A stretch of 61,154 nucleotides of DNA, filler included, from Sluysia triapertura (Eukaryota), in the NCBI GenBank assembly GCA_046118255.1. It is 5 parts of 5 records of this genome, joined end to end, with 100 filler letters (N's around TTAATTAATTAA, not from the genome) between each part and the next. Parts side by side here need not be neighbours in the genome. Positions count along the whole stretch, not along the records: positions 23,304 to 34,279 come from JBJNIA010190663.1; positions 34,380 to 46,838 come from JBJNIA010106872.1; 3 more parts are not named here. The stretch is one strand, 5' to 3'. The position numbers and the translations under genes were made by a program. Each line of letters starts with the position of its first letter. Positions within the stretch are counted from its first letter, which is position 1. Positions 27,506 through 40,262 of the stretch are shown here, piece after piece. The notes below the pieces were generated by a model, which saw only the letters and a program-made list of their open reading frames with translations, searched no databases and was not told the DNA's origin.

Positions 27506-28760
27506 TTATGTAATTTTAAATTTCTAAAATTTAAAGATCTTTCTTTTATTTACAAGCCTCTACCAAGTATACAATTTGGTAGTTATTCAGTAACAATTAT
27601 GATGAAAATAAGTAAATTATATTTACATAATTTTTTATTGAATCATAAAATCAATAAACTAAAATTATTTAAAGACAAGTTTCTAAAAGTTATAGATCCT
27701 TAATTCAATCTCTTAAAATTTTAATTTGACTTTAAAGGCCTGTTTAAAATGATCTCAAACTCAAAAATACGACATGAAGGTTTATTGTAAACATATACAC
27801 ATATATATGATGGAATTATAACTGTAAATCTTCTATAAAATCTTTTTGTATTATAATGACTTTGCTTAGAATAAAATTTACGCGAAAATAATTTAAGTAC
27901 ATTTCATATCTCTTAAGAAAAATAAAACTTACAAATAATTGTTACTCCGAACATGTGAACAACTGTTTTATGTAAAGTGGGACAGAAGGCCAATGCAACA
28001 CCCTAGCCTATTGCGATAGTTGATTTCCACAAGAATTTTGTAAGCGTATCTATTTTCCGCGTATAATGCTCAAAACAGAACAAATTCAAGTAATGCTGGT
28101 TAGCTTTTAGTAAGCTTATACATACCTTTTATACTACTTTCACCCTTTACTATTTGCTATTTTTACAGGCAATTTATTAACTTTTATAATTTCCAATTAG
28201 TCTGTTTATATGGTTAATTTATATTATACATTATTATCGATTATTACTGTTATATTTTATTATTTTAGATGATTGACTGATACTAATAGTTAAAGTACTT
28301 TCTAAGCAACACCATAATTAATGGTAAATTAAAAGTTGACACTTCTATAAAAGCGAGGAAATGCACCTACTAATAATTAATTTGTGAAAGTTTATTAATT
28401 AGACATACGCTCTACAATCCTCGCTAAATTATCACAATCCCTTATATAACAAAATACTTAGTCTTCTCATTATTAAATAAGTTTTTCGGCTGCGGTTACA
28501 CAAACACATTAATTTCATGTCGAATAACTTGTCCGTGTTTCGTGAAGATACTAATGCAGACCGAATAAGCGTACAGATAAGAAAGAATTTAATTTAAATT
28601 ACGACCGTAACTTTTAATAAGTGGCATGAAGGAGTACTAATTAAATAGAGCCAAGCAAATTATCAAGAAGTTCATTTACTCAGGAGATAATCAACTTGTA
28701 CTTTATATAAAATGAGTTTCCATATGTAGCTGCTCAAGCATATAAAATATATTGACTTTA

Positions 28761-30885
28761 TTATGACTTGCTTTCTAACTTCTTTTTGAGCAATTTCTTG
28801 TGTTTTTCAATTCTTTCTGAAATATCATCTTGTTTTTCAATATTATTTACATACTTATTTTCATCATCTTTATGACTCTCGCCCTCATTTCCATGTCTCT
28901 TCAACTTTTTCTTATCCTTTTCAATTTTTTCTGAATTATCATCTTGTTTTTCAATATTATTTGCATCCTTATTTTCATCATCTTTATTACTCTCGCCCTC
29001 ATTTCCATGTCTCTTCGACTTTTTCTTGTGTTTTTCAATTCTTTCTGAATTATCATCTTGTTTTTCAATATTATTTACATACTTATTTTCATCATCTTTA
29101 TTACTCTTGCCCTCATTTCCATGACTCTTCAATTTCTTTTTTATTACAACTGATTCTGAATTCTTCCTTTCTTCAAATGGCCTCTTTAACTTCTTTTTCT
29201 GTTTCATTTCACTATTGTTGCACTTTGAATCAGTGGAATTGACACTTATTTCAGCATTTTTTATTATTCGCTTCGATTTCTTTTTTTGTCGTCGTCTTTT
29301 CTTTGTTTTTTTAATTACACCGTCGCCTTTTGCCTTCGCAATATGTGTGATCGATGAAATGGATTCTGGAACCACTTTTACATCTGTAGCTCGTTCAAAA
29401 ACTCCCACGAAAAATCCATTACACAAATCGTAGTCAGGATTTGTTCTGAGACAATCTGTCAAGCCCTTGCGACCTCTGGTCATCCAAGAGCGATCCGCAT
29501 GTACTTGTTGATGCACAAGACGGAAATGGGGGGCCCATCTTTCTTGCACCTCGCGAATCACATATTCATTCTCTTCCAGAGTCAATGAACAAGTCGAATA
29601 GACAATCTTCTCCACGGCGGGAAACAAGAACGCATGGTTTAAGAGACATGCTTGGAAGTTGTGAAGACTACTTAAGCGAGCAGGATCGACACGGCAGCCT
29701 TGCGAGCGCTCAATTGCCCTATCTAACTGTCGTAACATGCCCGACCCGCTGCAGCTGGGATCGACAAGTATACAGGTGACTTTAGAGTATTGTGAATCAT
29801 GCGGATCGACTCGTCTAAAGTCCTGATTTTCAACACGTACCTTTACCGTCTTATACAAACCTGTGTCAATCTGCTTTTTCATTCTCTGCTCGAGCTGTAG
29901 ACATCGAATTTTATCTCTATCAAATGCGAATATTTGTCTACCAGTGTCATCCATGGAAGCCAAAATACTCAAAATATGGCAGGTCTTGTTTCCTGGAGCT
30001 GCACATGCATCTATGACATCACCGCGTGAATTTTCTGAGATCAGACAATGTGCAGGAAGACAACTTGCTTTATCTTGCAGATACACATAACCATCACGAA
30101 CAAGCTTTTCACTGTGAAGGGCGGTGCGAGGCGGAAATACAAGCAACTCTGCAGTTAGGTGGTAGTCGGACATAAACTGGTCTTCTTGCAATTGTGAAAC
30201 TGTTTGTAAGTAGCTGAAGCAGAATTATGAAATAAAAAGTATTTAAATTTACTCGGAATATTTCATTTTATCAAAGTCATATTGAAGGAAAACGTATCCT
30301 GAATTCGTAAAATGATCAATAACCTCTTCTAAACTAATCTTAATTAAATCAACTCTAACATAAATTGGTAAACTTATATCTAAATAAAATACACTTTTAT
30401 ATAAAAGCATTTTTACTAATTTCAGTAGGTTCAAATTTCGATTTTAGTTCATCACGACTTGTTACTTCCTTTTCTTTCATTATTTGTTCAGTGATTTCTT
30501 TAAATATTTTAATTTTATTTCCCAATGGTATTCCATTCACATAACACGCTGCCTGTCCAAATAACAAATCATAAATTTGAACTTTGGTCCAACACGCTTC
30601 ACATCCATTGCCAACTTCACATTCTCTTTTCGATTCTGATTTCTTTTTTGACTTGTTTATATAACGGTCATAAATTTCTATTAATAGTGACCTGTTTTTC
30701 AATGCTTCTCCAACAAGAGCTAATAATTTTTTTAGATCCTTTCAAATAATAATTTAAAAATTAAAATAAATTACACATCGGAAATTTGATTGAAAGAGTG
30801 CATTTTTTGAGTTACAAATTCCAGCAGCTACTTTACAATAGAATAAAGCCGCTTCTTTATAAAATAAATCCGAAGACTTCGACAT
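28761..30885 (-). CDS. NSUN5: NSUN5 / Rcm1-like rRNA m5C methyltransferase, 4 exons
   Basis: Exons 30775-30885, 30417-30738, 30253-30379, 28761-30213; GT-AG introns of 36, 37 and 39 bp keep the frame. Motifs LPIYVRV, LQDKASCLPA, DACAAPGNKT, DPSCSGSG, YSTCS, NGFFV. Confidence 0.93.
28790..29131 (-). repeat. 3 x 114-bp coding tandem repeat in the NSUN5 tail
   Basis: GCCCTCATTTCCATG at 28881, 28995, 29109; 38-aa unit KRHGNEGESNKDDENK..NNIEKQDDNSERIEKHKKK. Confidence 0.95.
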
Positions 30886-32638
30886 TGCATGTAAATTATT
30901 AAAAATAAAACAAATTAAACAAGTGGAAAATTTATTCCTATATTTTCATGTAATTAAATTTATTTATCTTTTAACTTGATTTTTTAATTGTATGTTAAGA
31001 AATAATATTCATATTATTTAAACAAAATAAAAGAGGATAATTGTTAAACTATAATACTAAATTTTATTGAGCCTTAAAAAAAATAGAATCAAGATAAAAT
31101 TTTGAAAAATTTTTAAAATATAAGTTTAATTAATAATTTATGTAATATTGCAAAATATATTAAATATTTGTAATTAATCTTATTTTCTTGTAGTTCTCAT
31201 AATTTAATACATTAAGTGCCATGTCATTCGTACATGTATAACGGTTAACTTAAGTTCAATCGTCGTCATTCATATATGTATGACAATAAAAATGCATCTA
31301 AAGTTAATAAAAATTCATTAAATCGTACCTTCAACAAGAAATCTCCTACAAATAAACATAACAATATGTTGGCAATTTTGTCGCAATCCACAGAACAGTG
31401 TTTGGCACACAATGTGTAACAGAAATTTTACGAAATACACTTTCTTTTTACTATATTTCTTTACATAATATGACTTTAATTATTGTAGTTAGTACCAAAC
31501 AAATAAAAAAAACATAAATTGTAATTTGCTATGATAATGGCATATTATACTCAATTCTATGCACAATTTTTCAAGTAAAGAATTACCAATAAAGTAAGAG
31601 AAAAATTCAAAATCATTGCAGTAATCTGAAAATGTTTACGTTGCAGAGGTCCAGAATTTCTCTTTGAAAATGTAAAATTTTCGGAAACCAAAATAAAAAA
31701 TACTAAAGTAATTGGTTATATAAACCTTTTTTTACAAGTGCACAACTTACTCACACAAATTGTCACATCACTATGAAATATTCAATACAAAGTTCTTTCA
31801 TTTTGAAATATATAATTAATGATTTATTTTAAGGGGTGCTGAGTACTTTATTTAAGTTATTGCTGCAGTTTTCTTAATCTACGGCAAAATAATTTGAGCT
31901 GGGTCAGGTTATAATAAACGACTTACAACATAAAATGGGCATTCGTGTAACAAAATCCAGTAATCGCTTATTTCAATTAAATCATTGAAATTGTGATCCT
32001 AACCAAACGCATGCCAGTACACATTCTACTCACCAGCTAAGCAAAATCAAAGGTATTTCTCGAAAATTCTAGAATTTTCCTTTATGAAAATTGACGATTT
32101 TAAATGATGTTAAGAAATTCGATGATTTGAGAGGGTTGTAATGACGTAACATTACTTAAACAAATAATAACTCTGAATTATAAGAAAACATTTAACTTAT
32201 TCAAATTAAATTTAAAAGAATGCACTTTTACGAATTTAATTATGTTTATATATGGTAATCGAAAATTTGTTCAGTTTTGTAATTATCTAATGGATCAATC
32301 CGAGTGACAAACATTATTCACATTCAATTTTTTAAATTGATTTAATTAACTAGTTTAAGCGTTCCGAAAAATTTTTCCTTTAAAGTGTAAAATTAATAAA
32401 ACAATTACGTCTTTTTTAATTTGAAGCTGATACTGAATTTTTTTCGTAAATATAAAGGCTGAATTTCACAAACTTTACAAGACATTTATTGAAAATACTT
32501 AATAAAAAATCGAAAACAATTTCACAAATTTCGATGTCAGGTTCACAGAATTAGATAACATACTCCCATGAAAGAATTAATAAATTTAATTACGTAATTA
32601 TCGAAATAAAAACAGATAACACTTTATTAAATATTTCA

Positions 32639-33226
32639 TTAATGTCCTGCTGCTACTGCTTCCTTTCTTCCATTAATTTGACCAGATTTAACAGCAAGAT
32701 TGTGAAATCGAGCAATATTTACTTCCACCGTTGTTATTTGATCTTTCAGAAACTCTAAGTAATTCTCCAAATTTTTCAAGTAATCCGCAGCCGCCTTTTC
32801 ATTTTTTACCAATACTGCTTTAGCTTCATCTAAAGAATATTCCATCATAACATTAGCACCTAGCCATAAATTCACTTTATCTACTTTTTCGATTTCTGCA
32901 AATCCATGTAACTGATTTGTTATCTCATATGTTGTTTCAAATGGCATCGAATCTTCTGATATTGATTCAAAATGATTCACTACGTCAAGAGTTTTACGAA
33001 TATCAGGAATTTGTTGAAGTAATCTTAATTTTTTAGAATAAAAATTACTTTCCCATAATCTGTATTTTTGAAGCAACTCTTCCATAAATTTACGAGCTTC
33101 CAGAAAATTAGCATATCCATGAGTTTTAATATATTCTTCGGGATTTTCTACAAAATCTGCACGTGGAATTCCGTAATCATTATCTTCAGTAATTGTTTTA
33201 GATGCTGACGTTTGAGTTGATGCCAT
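32639..33226 (-). CDS. VBP1: Prefoldin subunit 3 (VHL-binding protein 1), single exon
   Basis: GIP.A.FVE, QIPDI.KTL, KV.LWLGANVMMEY.LDEA, L.FLKDQITT.EVN.AR..N. Confidence 0.96.
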   Translation of the reverse strand: MASTQTSASKTITEDNDYGIPRADFVENPEEYIKTHGYANFLEARKFMEELLQKYRLWESNFYSKKLRLLQQIPDIRKTLDVVNHFESISEDSMPFETTYEITNQLHGFAEIEKVDKVNLWLGANVMMEYSLDEAKAVLVKNEKAAADYLKNLENYLEFLKDQITTVEVNIARFHNLAVKSGQINGRKEAVAAGH

Positions 33227-33849
33227 AATAATTGTAATACAATTAATTTACAAAGTTAAATATTTCTATGAAACAATAATTTTTTTATTTATATAAAGTA
33301 AGTAATTTATTAAAAATTTTAAATAAAAAATGAAATTAGAAATGAATCTTTATATTTTTAAATTAATATTATCGTATCCAGTTCTTTATTTATTAAAACA
33401 AAATAATGAAACATTTTATTATTGATTTTGCTTAAAGTAATTTTATATTAATTACTATTGGAAGACAATTAAAATTGTAACATTATGATTTATGATATTC
33501 TGGAAATCTCTACTGTGCACCGTTTTATTTTTATTTAATAAATAAATGTTATTGCATCTTTGATTTTGCAGAACTTCCGGTAAGGAAATTTATATTATAG
33601 AAAAGTGAAACATGATTGGCATATTTTAGTTAAGAACTTCAATTATTAAAGTTAATGAAATTGATAAGAACGCATTAAAATAATTTAATATACTTAAGTT
33701 ACTTTGAATAAACGTTTTTAACTTTTAGTTTATTTTGATTTTCTTGTTTTGAATTTACATTTATTTAACCTATTGAGAAAAATTTAATTAAGCAAAAATC
33801 AATAAATTTAACATGAAGTTATCAGCAATTTGAGGTACTAGTTGATAAA

Positions 33850-34279
33850 AATGAAAAATTTTACCAGCGTCTGTGATTCCAGAAGCTATATAAAATATTG
33901 AGACGAGAAAAAAGCTTCCACAGGACTGATGCATTTATGGAAATCACTAGACTACAGCAGTTGAGAGGTTACTGGAAAAATAAGACATCTTTTTTCTGAT
34001 TGCAGCAAATAAAGATAATAAATTTTTTGATGTCAGAGATGTCTAGAAAGTGTTAACAGAAAAGGATCCGTAGACCAAAGTAAATACGATTTTATTAAAA
34101 TTTACTTCATATTTTTCAACCTTTAAATGAACGTGTGAAATAATCACAAAAAAGGTAGGAAAATTTATACTAATGACCACACAATTCAGATATTCAAATT
34201 AAAAAACTAAATGAAGGACTTTTATACTCACAAAGAGATCTAGCAGCAGAATTTAACATGCTTATTGGAGTCAAACAAG
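33850..34279 (+). mobile_element. Possible decayed non-LTR reverse transcriptase fragment, cut by the gap
   Basis: Ends in AEFNMLIGVKQ(G), resembling the LINE RT GVxQG motif; upstream RKSFHRTDAF..TRLQQL. Confidence 0.35.
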
Positions 34280-34379
34280 NNNNNNNNNNNNNNNNNNNNN
34301 NNNNNNNNNNNNNNNNNNNNNNNTTAATTAATTAANNNNNNNNNNNNNNNNNNNNNNNNNNNNNNNNNNNNNNNNNNNN
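34280..34379. other. Artificial contig linker
   Basis: 44N-TTAATTAATTAA-44N. Confidence 0.95.
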
Positions 34380-34719
34380 TTTGGAGTGAATGTAGTGGTT
34401 TATTGAGTTGTGAATGTTTGAGATATAGATTGTTTCGTTGGTGAATGTGAGTTGGAAAAGTGTTATGATTGTGTATTGTTGTTTTATGAGGTGAATTGTG
34501 TGGTGATTATAGTTACATAGTATGGTTGTGATTAAAATTATTTTAATGAAGTTATTTTCGATCTTAAATTATGGGGTTGGCCACTACAACGTATATATGT
34601 GACGTATAAGTCTACTACTTTCTAATACACTTATGTTAATGACATTTTCAAAATTATTCAAAACACAATTAATATGATTGCTACTTCTGTCATGGACATT
34701 GCTATATAATTGAATCCGA

Positions 34720-35190
34720 ATGCATATGTTCGCACATATATGCTCTTAACATTAATATCGTCATAAGTAGATAGGATATCATCAAATGAGCAATAAATAA
34801 CATTATCAAAAGAATGATATATGACTGACATAATACCAGCTGTCGTTTTTGTTACAAATATTTTAACATTAAGTTGATTATGAAAAATTATAATATTATC
34901 AATTGACTGATATATGATTGATACAGTACTAAGAATCGTTTTTATTAGAAATGTTTTAACATTAAATTCATTATGAACACTTATAGCATTATTAACTGAA
35001 TGATATATGACTAATAGTTTAATATTAATTTCATTATGAAAATTCATTATTAATTGAATGACAAATGACTGACATAGTACTATCAGTCGTGTTATTTACT
35101 GATACTTTAACATTAAGCTTATTATGAAGATTCATATCATTATTAGCTGAATGACATATGACTGACGTAGTACTATAAGTCGTTTTATTT
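34720..35190. repeat. Diverged tandem array, 93-bp period
   Basis: ATGA(C/T)T(G/A)A anchor at 34821, 34914, 35007, then ~35065 (short unit) and 35158. Confidence 0.8.
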
Positions 35191-36054
35191 ACTCTTTCCA
35201 TCGTTGATAATAAGTGATCACATGCTACGACTAGGCAAGTTTCGAATTTTATCTCTAACTGGAACCTTAATAACAGTCTTGTAGTTGGTATCCATCACTG
35301 TATTCAAAAAAACTGGGTTCAGAGATTGTTCACTTTCTTACTTAATACTTGTCATTCCAAATTATTTGAAAAATTATCTTTGTGATTTTAAATTACTGAG
35401 TTTATGTTTTTATAGTGTATAACGATACATATATCTGCGTAAAATTTTATTGGGTTAAACATTATCATCATCATAATCATCATCGTCATCATTATCATTA
35501 TTGCTGTCACTATAATTACCATTATTTCTATTACATTAATCATCATCATTATCACTATAATTATCATCATTTCTACTACTACCGATTTTAATAGTGTTGT
35601 AGTAATTATTGCAATTTAACCTAATTTAAAAACTCTCTTAACTTTAGATGTCTATTTCTTTCTGTTCTAATGTGATCGGTAACTTTGTGAATTGTTGTGG
35701 AGATAAGATTCTCTAATACTGGTAAATAATATTTATCTATTATTTCATTTATTGATAAAGAATTAAAAACATTCATAAACCAATCTCGATTGATATTAGC
35801 ACAAATTCAAATAAACATAATCATGTTCACCAACAACAAACAACCAAAAAAAGGCAAAAACGCAATACAATCGAGACTGCGAACGCATCAATAATAAAAA
35901 TATACATGTTTTTCACTACGCTTTCTTTTGAAACCTCACATGCCTCTTTTCATATACTCTAAATTTTCACATTAATTGAAGCTCTTATAATTTCTTTACA
36001 TATATATTTGAATTCATGTACTACCAGCAAATACGAAAACAGAGAAAGAAAATT

Positions 36055-36296
36055 TATAACCGATGTGGGTTTGACCAGAGACGCCTGCATCAAGTAAAGT
36101 TACTTGAACATACACGTTATCATTTTCCCAACTTTTCATTGTGCAATATCTCAACTAGGACTGATTTGTCCGAATTTAAAGATTCCAACTTAACATCCGC
36201 TGTACAATCCATGCAAAAGTCTCCGAAACAACGTATTGCTCTTTTGCCAAGACTAGTTCTAATTTTCATGAGTGCATCGTAGGCACATGGTTTAGA
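36055..36296 (-). pseudogene. Sec24C/D beta-sandwich fragment abutting Gypsy RNase H
   Basis: AYDALMKIRTSLGKRAIRCFGDFCMDCTADVKLESLNSDKSVLVEILHNEKL/ENDNVYVQVTLL..GVSGQ, cf. Sec24C [52 protein letters not shown]. One frameshift. Confidence 0.8.
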
Positions 36297-36299
36297 TAG

Positions 36300-38400
36300 C
36301 CAAACATAAATGTCAACGGTTTGTGATCGACATATAAATAAACATTCTGTCCTAATAGATAATGTCTAAATAGTTTGCAGGCGTGTACTATGGCTAAACA
36401 TTCTCTTTCAATTGTTGAGTAAATCATCTCAGCTTTATCCAAACGTCGACTAGCATATGCAATTACTGCTTCTAAATTGTTTTTATCTTTTTGTCCTAAA
36501 ATTGCACGAATAGCATAGTTACTAGCATCAGTAGTCTATATATATGGTTTGTTAATATCTGGGAAAATTAGTTTTGGTGCCGTAGTCAGTCGTTCTTACA
36601 ATTCCTTAAATGCTTTAGTTTGTTCATTAGTCCATTTAAATTCAACATTCTTTCGTGTTAACTTCCTAAGTGATTGTGCTATGTTAGCAAAATTTTTAAC
36701 TAATCTTCTGTAGTAATTAGCTAATCCTTGAGAACTTTGAATCTTTTTTACATTATCAGGTTGTGGGAATTTTACCACCTTTTCTGTATTTCTCGGATTT
36801 GGTTTTAATCCATCTTTTGATACTATGTGTCCTAAAAACTCGATTTTCTCTTCAGCCCAAACGTATTTGGTTGGTTTAATTTTGAACCTAGCTATTTTCA
36901 ATCTATTTAGAATATTGTCAATGTCCTTTATGTGTGTATCGAAATATTTAGAAAATATTATTATGTCATCTAAGTATACCATGCCATTTTTACATCATGA
37001 TAATACAAAATTAATGCACCTTTGGAAGGTGCAGGTGCATCATCGCTTTTATGTTTATCTTTTTCAGCAATTTCGATTTGTCAATAACCGCTTTGTAAAT
37101 CAAGAGTTGTAAAATATATAGCGTTTCCTAGTTTGTCCAGCATTTCATCTATTCGTCGTAAAGGAAATACGTCTTTTCTTTTTATCTTATTTAGTTATCT
37201 AAAATCTATGTAAAATCTCACTGTGCCATCTTTTTCTTAACTGGTAAAACTGGAGATGAGAAAGGTGAGAAGCTTGGTCTTATCATTGCGGCTTTTTTCA
37301 TCGTGTCTATTTGTTCTTGTGTCGCCTTTTGATTACTGTATTCTGTATGGCTTTTTTCGGATTACTTTATCTATTATTAGTGGTATTTCTCACTATTGCT
37401 CTTGGATATCGGTAAATGATACTCTATAATTGATCGATCTGTTTCTAGTCAAATTCTTATTAGTGATTTCTATTTCACCGTAATCTTCATCTTTTATTTC
37501 ATGTTGTATTTGTATATTACTCTTTATCTTATTTTCACATTTATTTTATGAAATTAAGTTAATGTGTGCCGGTATCATATATTTAACCATTTTTCTTAGT
37601 TTTGTCCCTGTATAAAGCCATTTATTGTCATTTGTGTAGTTTATAATCTTAAGAGGTATTTTCCCTTCACAATTATTGCACACTGAACTGGCTATTCCTA
37701 AATCTAGCTTTTCTCGATTACTTTTGACGCAATAAACATAATGTTTCCGTTCAATAAACTGTTTGTCTTGGCTGGCATTATGTATTCATTTCTTTTTATT
37801 AACCAAATTAGTTCATCGACGTATATGTCATCATCATCAATAGTTCTTCTTGATCTACTATCCATTAATTAAACTTGGTCGAAATCTTGTGTTACTCCAT
37901 TTAATTGAAACAATATATCCATTCCCATTATCATTTCTTCTGGACATTTTTTCATAACTGTTAATTTGATTTCTAATTTATTTTGTCCTGTCTCGCATAT
38001 AGCTTTCATCACTCCGGTTATATTAATGGCATCGCCTGTAACTCCTGATAAATGAGAGCTATGATCAGCTAATTTTTTTAATTCATCATTATTTAAGAAA
38101 CTTTCGTTGATTAGTACTGTTACTGCTCTACCATTTATTCTAGCGTTTACTATTGGTCTCTTTGATCCATTATAATTATTGTTAGCACATATCATATAGA
38201 TTACATGGGGTGGTGACGTTGGGGTAATAGAATATAATCCTCTTTTCTGATTTTCTTTGGTTGTTTCATGGTTTTCTGAATTTCAATACATTTTTGATTT
38301 TCTATTATTTCTTCATTTTCTCTCTTTTACAATGTTTGTAATTGTTGTTTTTCTTCTTTCTTTTTCGCCTTTCTTTTCTTAATGCATTTATTTGAACATT
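36300..38400 (-). mobile_element. Decayed Ty3/Gypsy pol: protease - RT - RNase H (integrase absent)
   Basis: Protease-like ORF 37869-38195 (active-site DTG lost); RPSFSPFSSPV; DVFPLRRIDE; VYLDDIIIFS; EFLGHIVS; GLANYYRR; APKLIFPD; DASNYAI; AYASRRL; YVDHKPL. Confidence 0.92.
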
Positions 38401-38534
38401 TGCGTGATGGTGAAGGAGGTATTTTGCCAAAAATGGAAAACACCCATTTATTAATTTCCTTGTGAAACCTGAAATTTTATAAATCCCAATTACTGAAAAA
38501 GCTATTACCTTAATAATTATATATATATATATAT

Positions 38535-40215
38535 ATTCCTGTCACTTTTTCACATCAAATTACTGTTCCCTTAGAGATAAAAATTAAGTCATCTTCTCCT
38601 TTACTGGCCATTAGTATTGTCTGTGTTTCGATCTCATGTAGTCTTTTTCTTTGTACATGGCCAGTATTTTGGTCATTTCTCTAATGAGTATTTGTCTTTA
38701 TCTTGATACATAAATTCTGATATTACATTAAACTTTATTTGTTTAAGGAATATTAATGGAGATTGAAATTTGTCCAATTCATAAATTAATAATGATTATT
38801 CAGTATAGCAACTGGTTTGATCGCTTTTGCAATATGGTCTGGACATCATGGTGCCTTTTTCAATGTCAAAACTTTCATTAAATGATTTTAGGCTTACAAC
38901 GCATGTTTCTTTTGCGACAACATTATGGTAAATTTTTCCTTCATATTCAACTGTTTCTCGTTCGCATGTTCCATCTATCAATTTATTTTTTCATTATTTC
39001 CCATTTTTAATTTGTCTCCCTTTGTTAAATAACCGATCTCAAATGCATCTCTACATTGTTTATGTAATATCTTAAATGGTTTAAGTTATTAGATAATTCT
39101 CTTATCGACGAATGACTATGATGACCGCAATATCAGATTGCCACTGATCGTTTTACCATTCATTCATTTATCAGAGTCGTTATTAGATTACCTTCTTGGT
39201 AAACACTCATTACTTTAGTATCTTTTATCTGTATTCTATTTGGCCTTGATTCAGTACAATTTTATGTGTCCAATAATGAAAATTTTCTGCCTATTTGAGG
39301 CTGGATACAGTCAAATGTCTTTATTGCATTAGTTATATTTTTGCCGAACATTGCTAATAGTATTATAATAAATAATGTCCTATTTGTTGAATTACCTATC
39401 CTCGGTATCGCATTATTTAATATATTACCGTTATTGCCGAATAATTGTGTCATTATATTTGTCGGCTCTTCCGTTTTTTGATTCGTTTTCTCTTTTATTA
39501 TGTTCCGCCAACCTTCTTGATTTTCAATCCATAATTTAATTTTCTTAATTACAAAATCTATAACCTTATCTATTTTATTTTTGGGAACCATTTTTCATTG
39601 TTGCATTGGTATATAACATATGTTAAGATTATTTTCAACTTTTTCTCATCAAATCATTTATTAATTAACTTATTTATTACCAATTTATATTGTTCGTTTT
39701 CTATGAAATCACTAATATCTTTATTCTTACATCTTTCTTCAAACTTATTAATTTATTTATAGAAACTTTAGTCTTTATTGATTTTCGTTAATAACTTCTT
39801 ATATTTAGTAAAATTAGTAAATTTTTCGGATAAAAAGGCATAAATTATTCGATTTCATCATAATTTTCACAATTTATTTTTGATAAATCAAAAGTTTTCT
39901 TATTATATCAGTCTTGTCTCTTCGTGGACGTCAAAGTCTTCTTTTTATTGTGCTTGTTTCCTTGTCGAGAGTTTCTATATGTGGGTTTTTATTAAGGTTC
40001 ACTATATAATAAGGTGGCTCATCTTTTTCTACTTCAGCATCAATTTCAATTAGCTCATTATTTTCTGCTTCGGCATCAATGTCAACTATATGGTATCATC
40101 ATCTTCCATTAATTGTCTTAGTATTGTACGTGAGGATTCATTATCTTTTTTATTTGTTTCACTTTCAACATTTTTTGAATTTTTATTTACTATTTCTGCC
40201 TTTATCATTTCGTCA
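38535..40215 (-). pseudogene. Retroelement envelope glycoprotein (chuvirus-G-like), copy 2, with upstream acidic/AT-hook-like region
   Basis: Hydrophobic signal-like TLFIIILLAMFG..NA then IKTFDC..FSLLDT.NC; YCGHHSHSS; ORF 38796-38981 nearly identical in protein to copy 1. Confidence 0.75.
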
Positions 40216-40262
40216 TGATCACCCGTAATCTATTAAATATTCTCTGGGTTCTCACATCCTTT

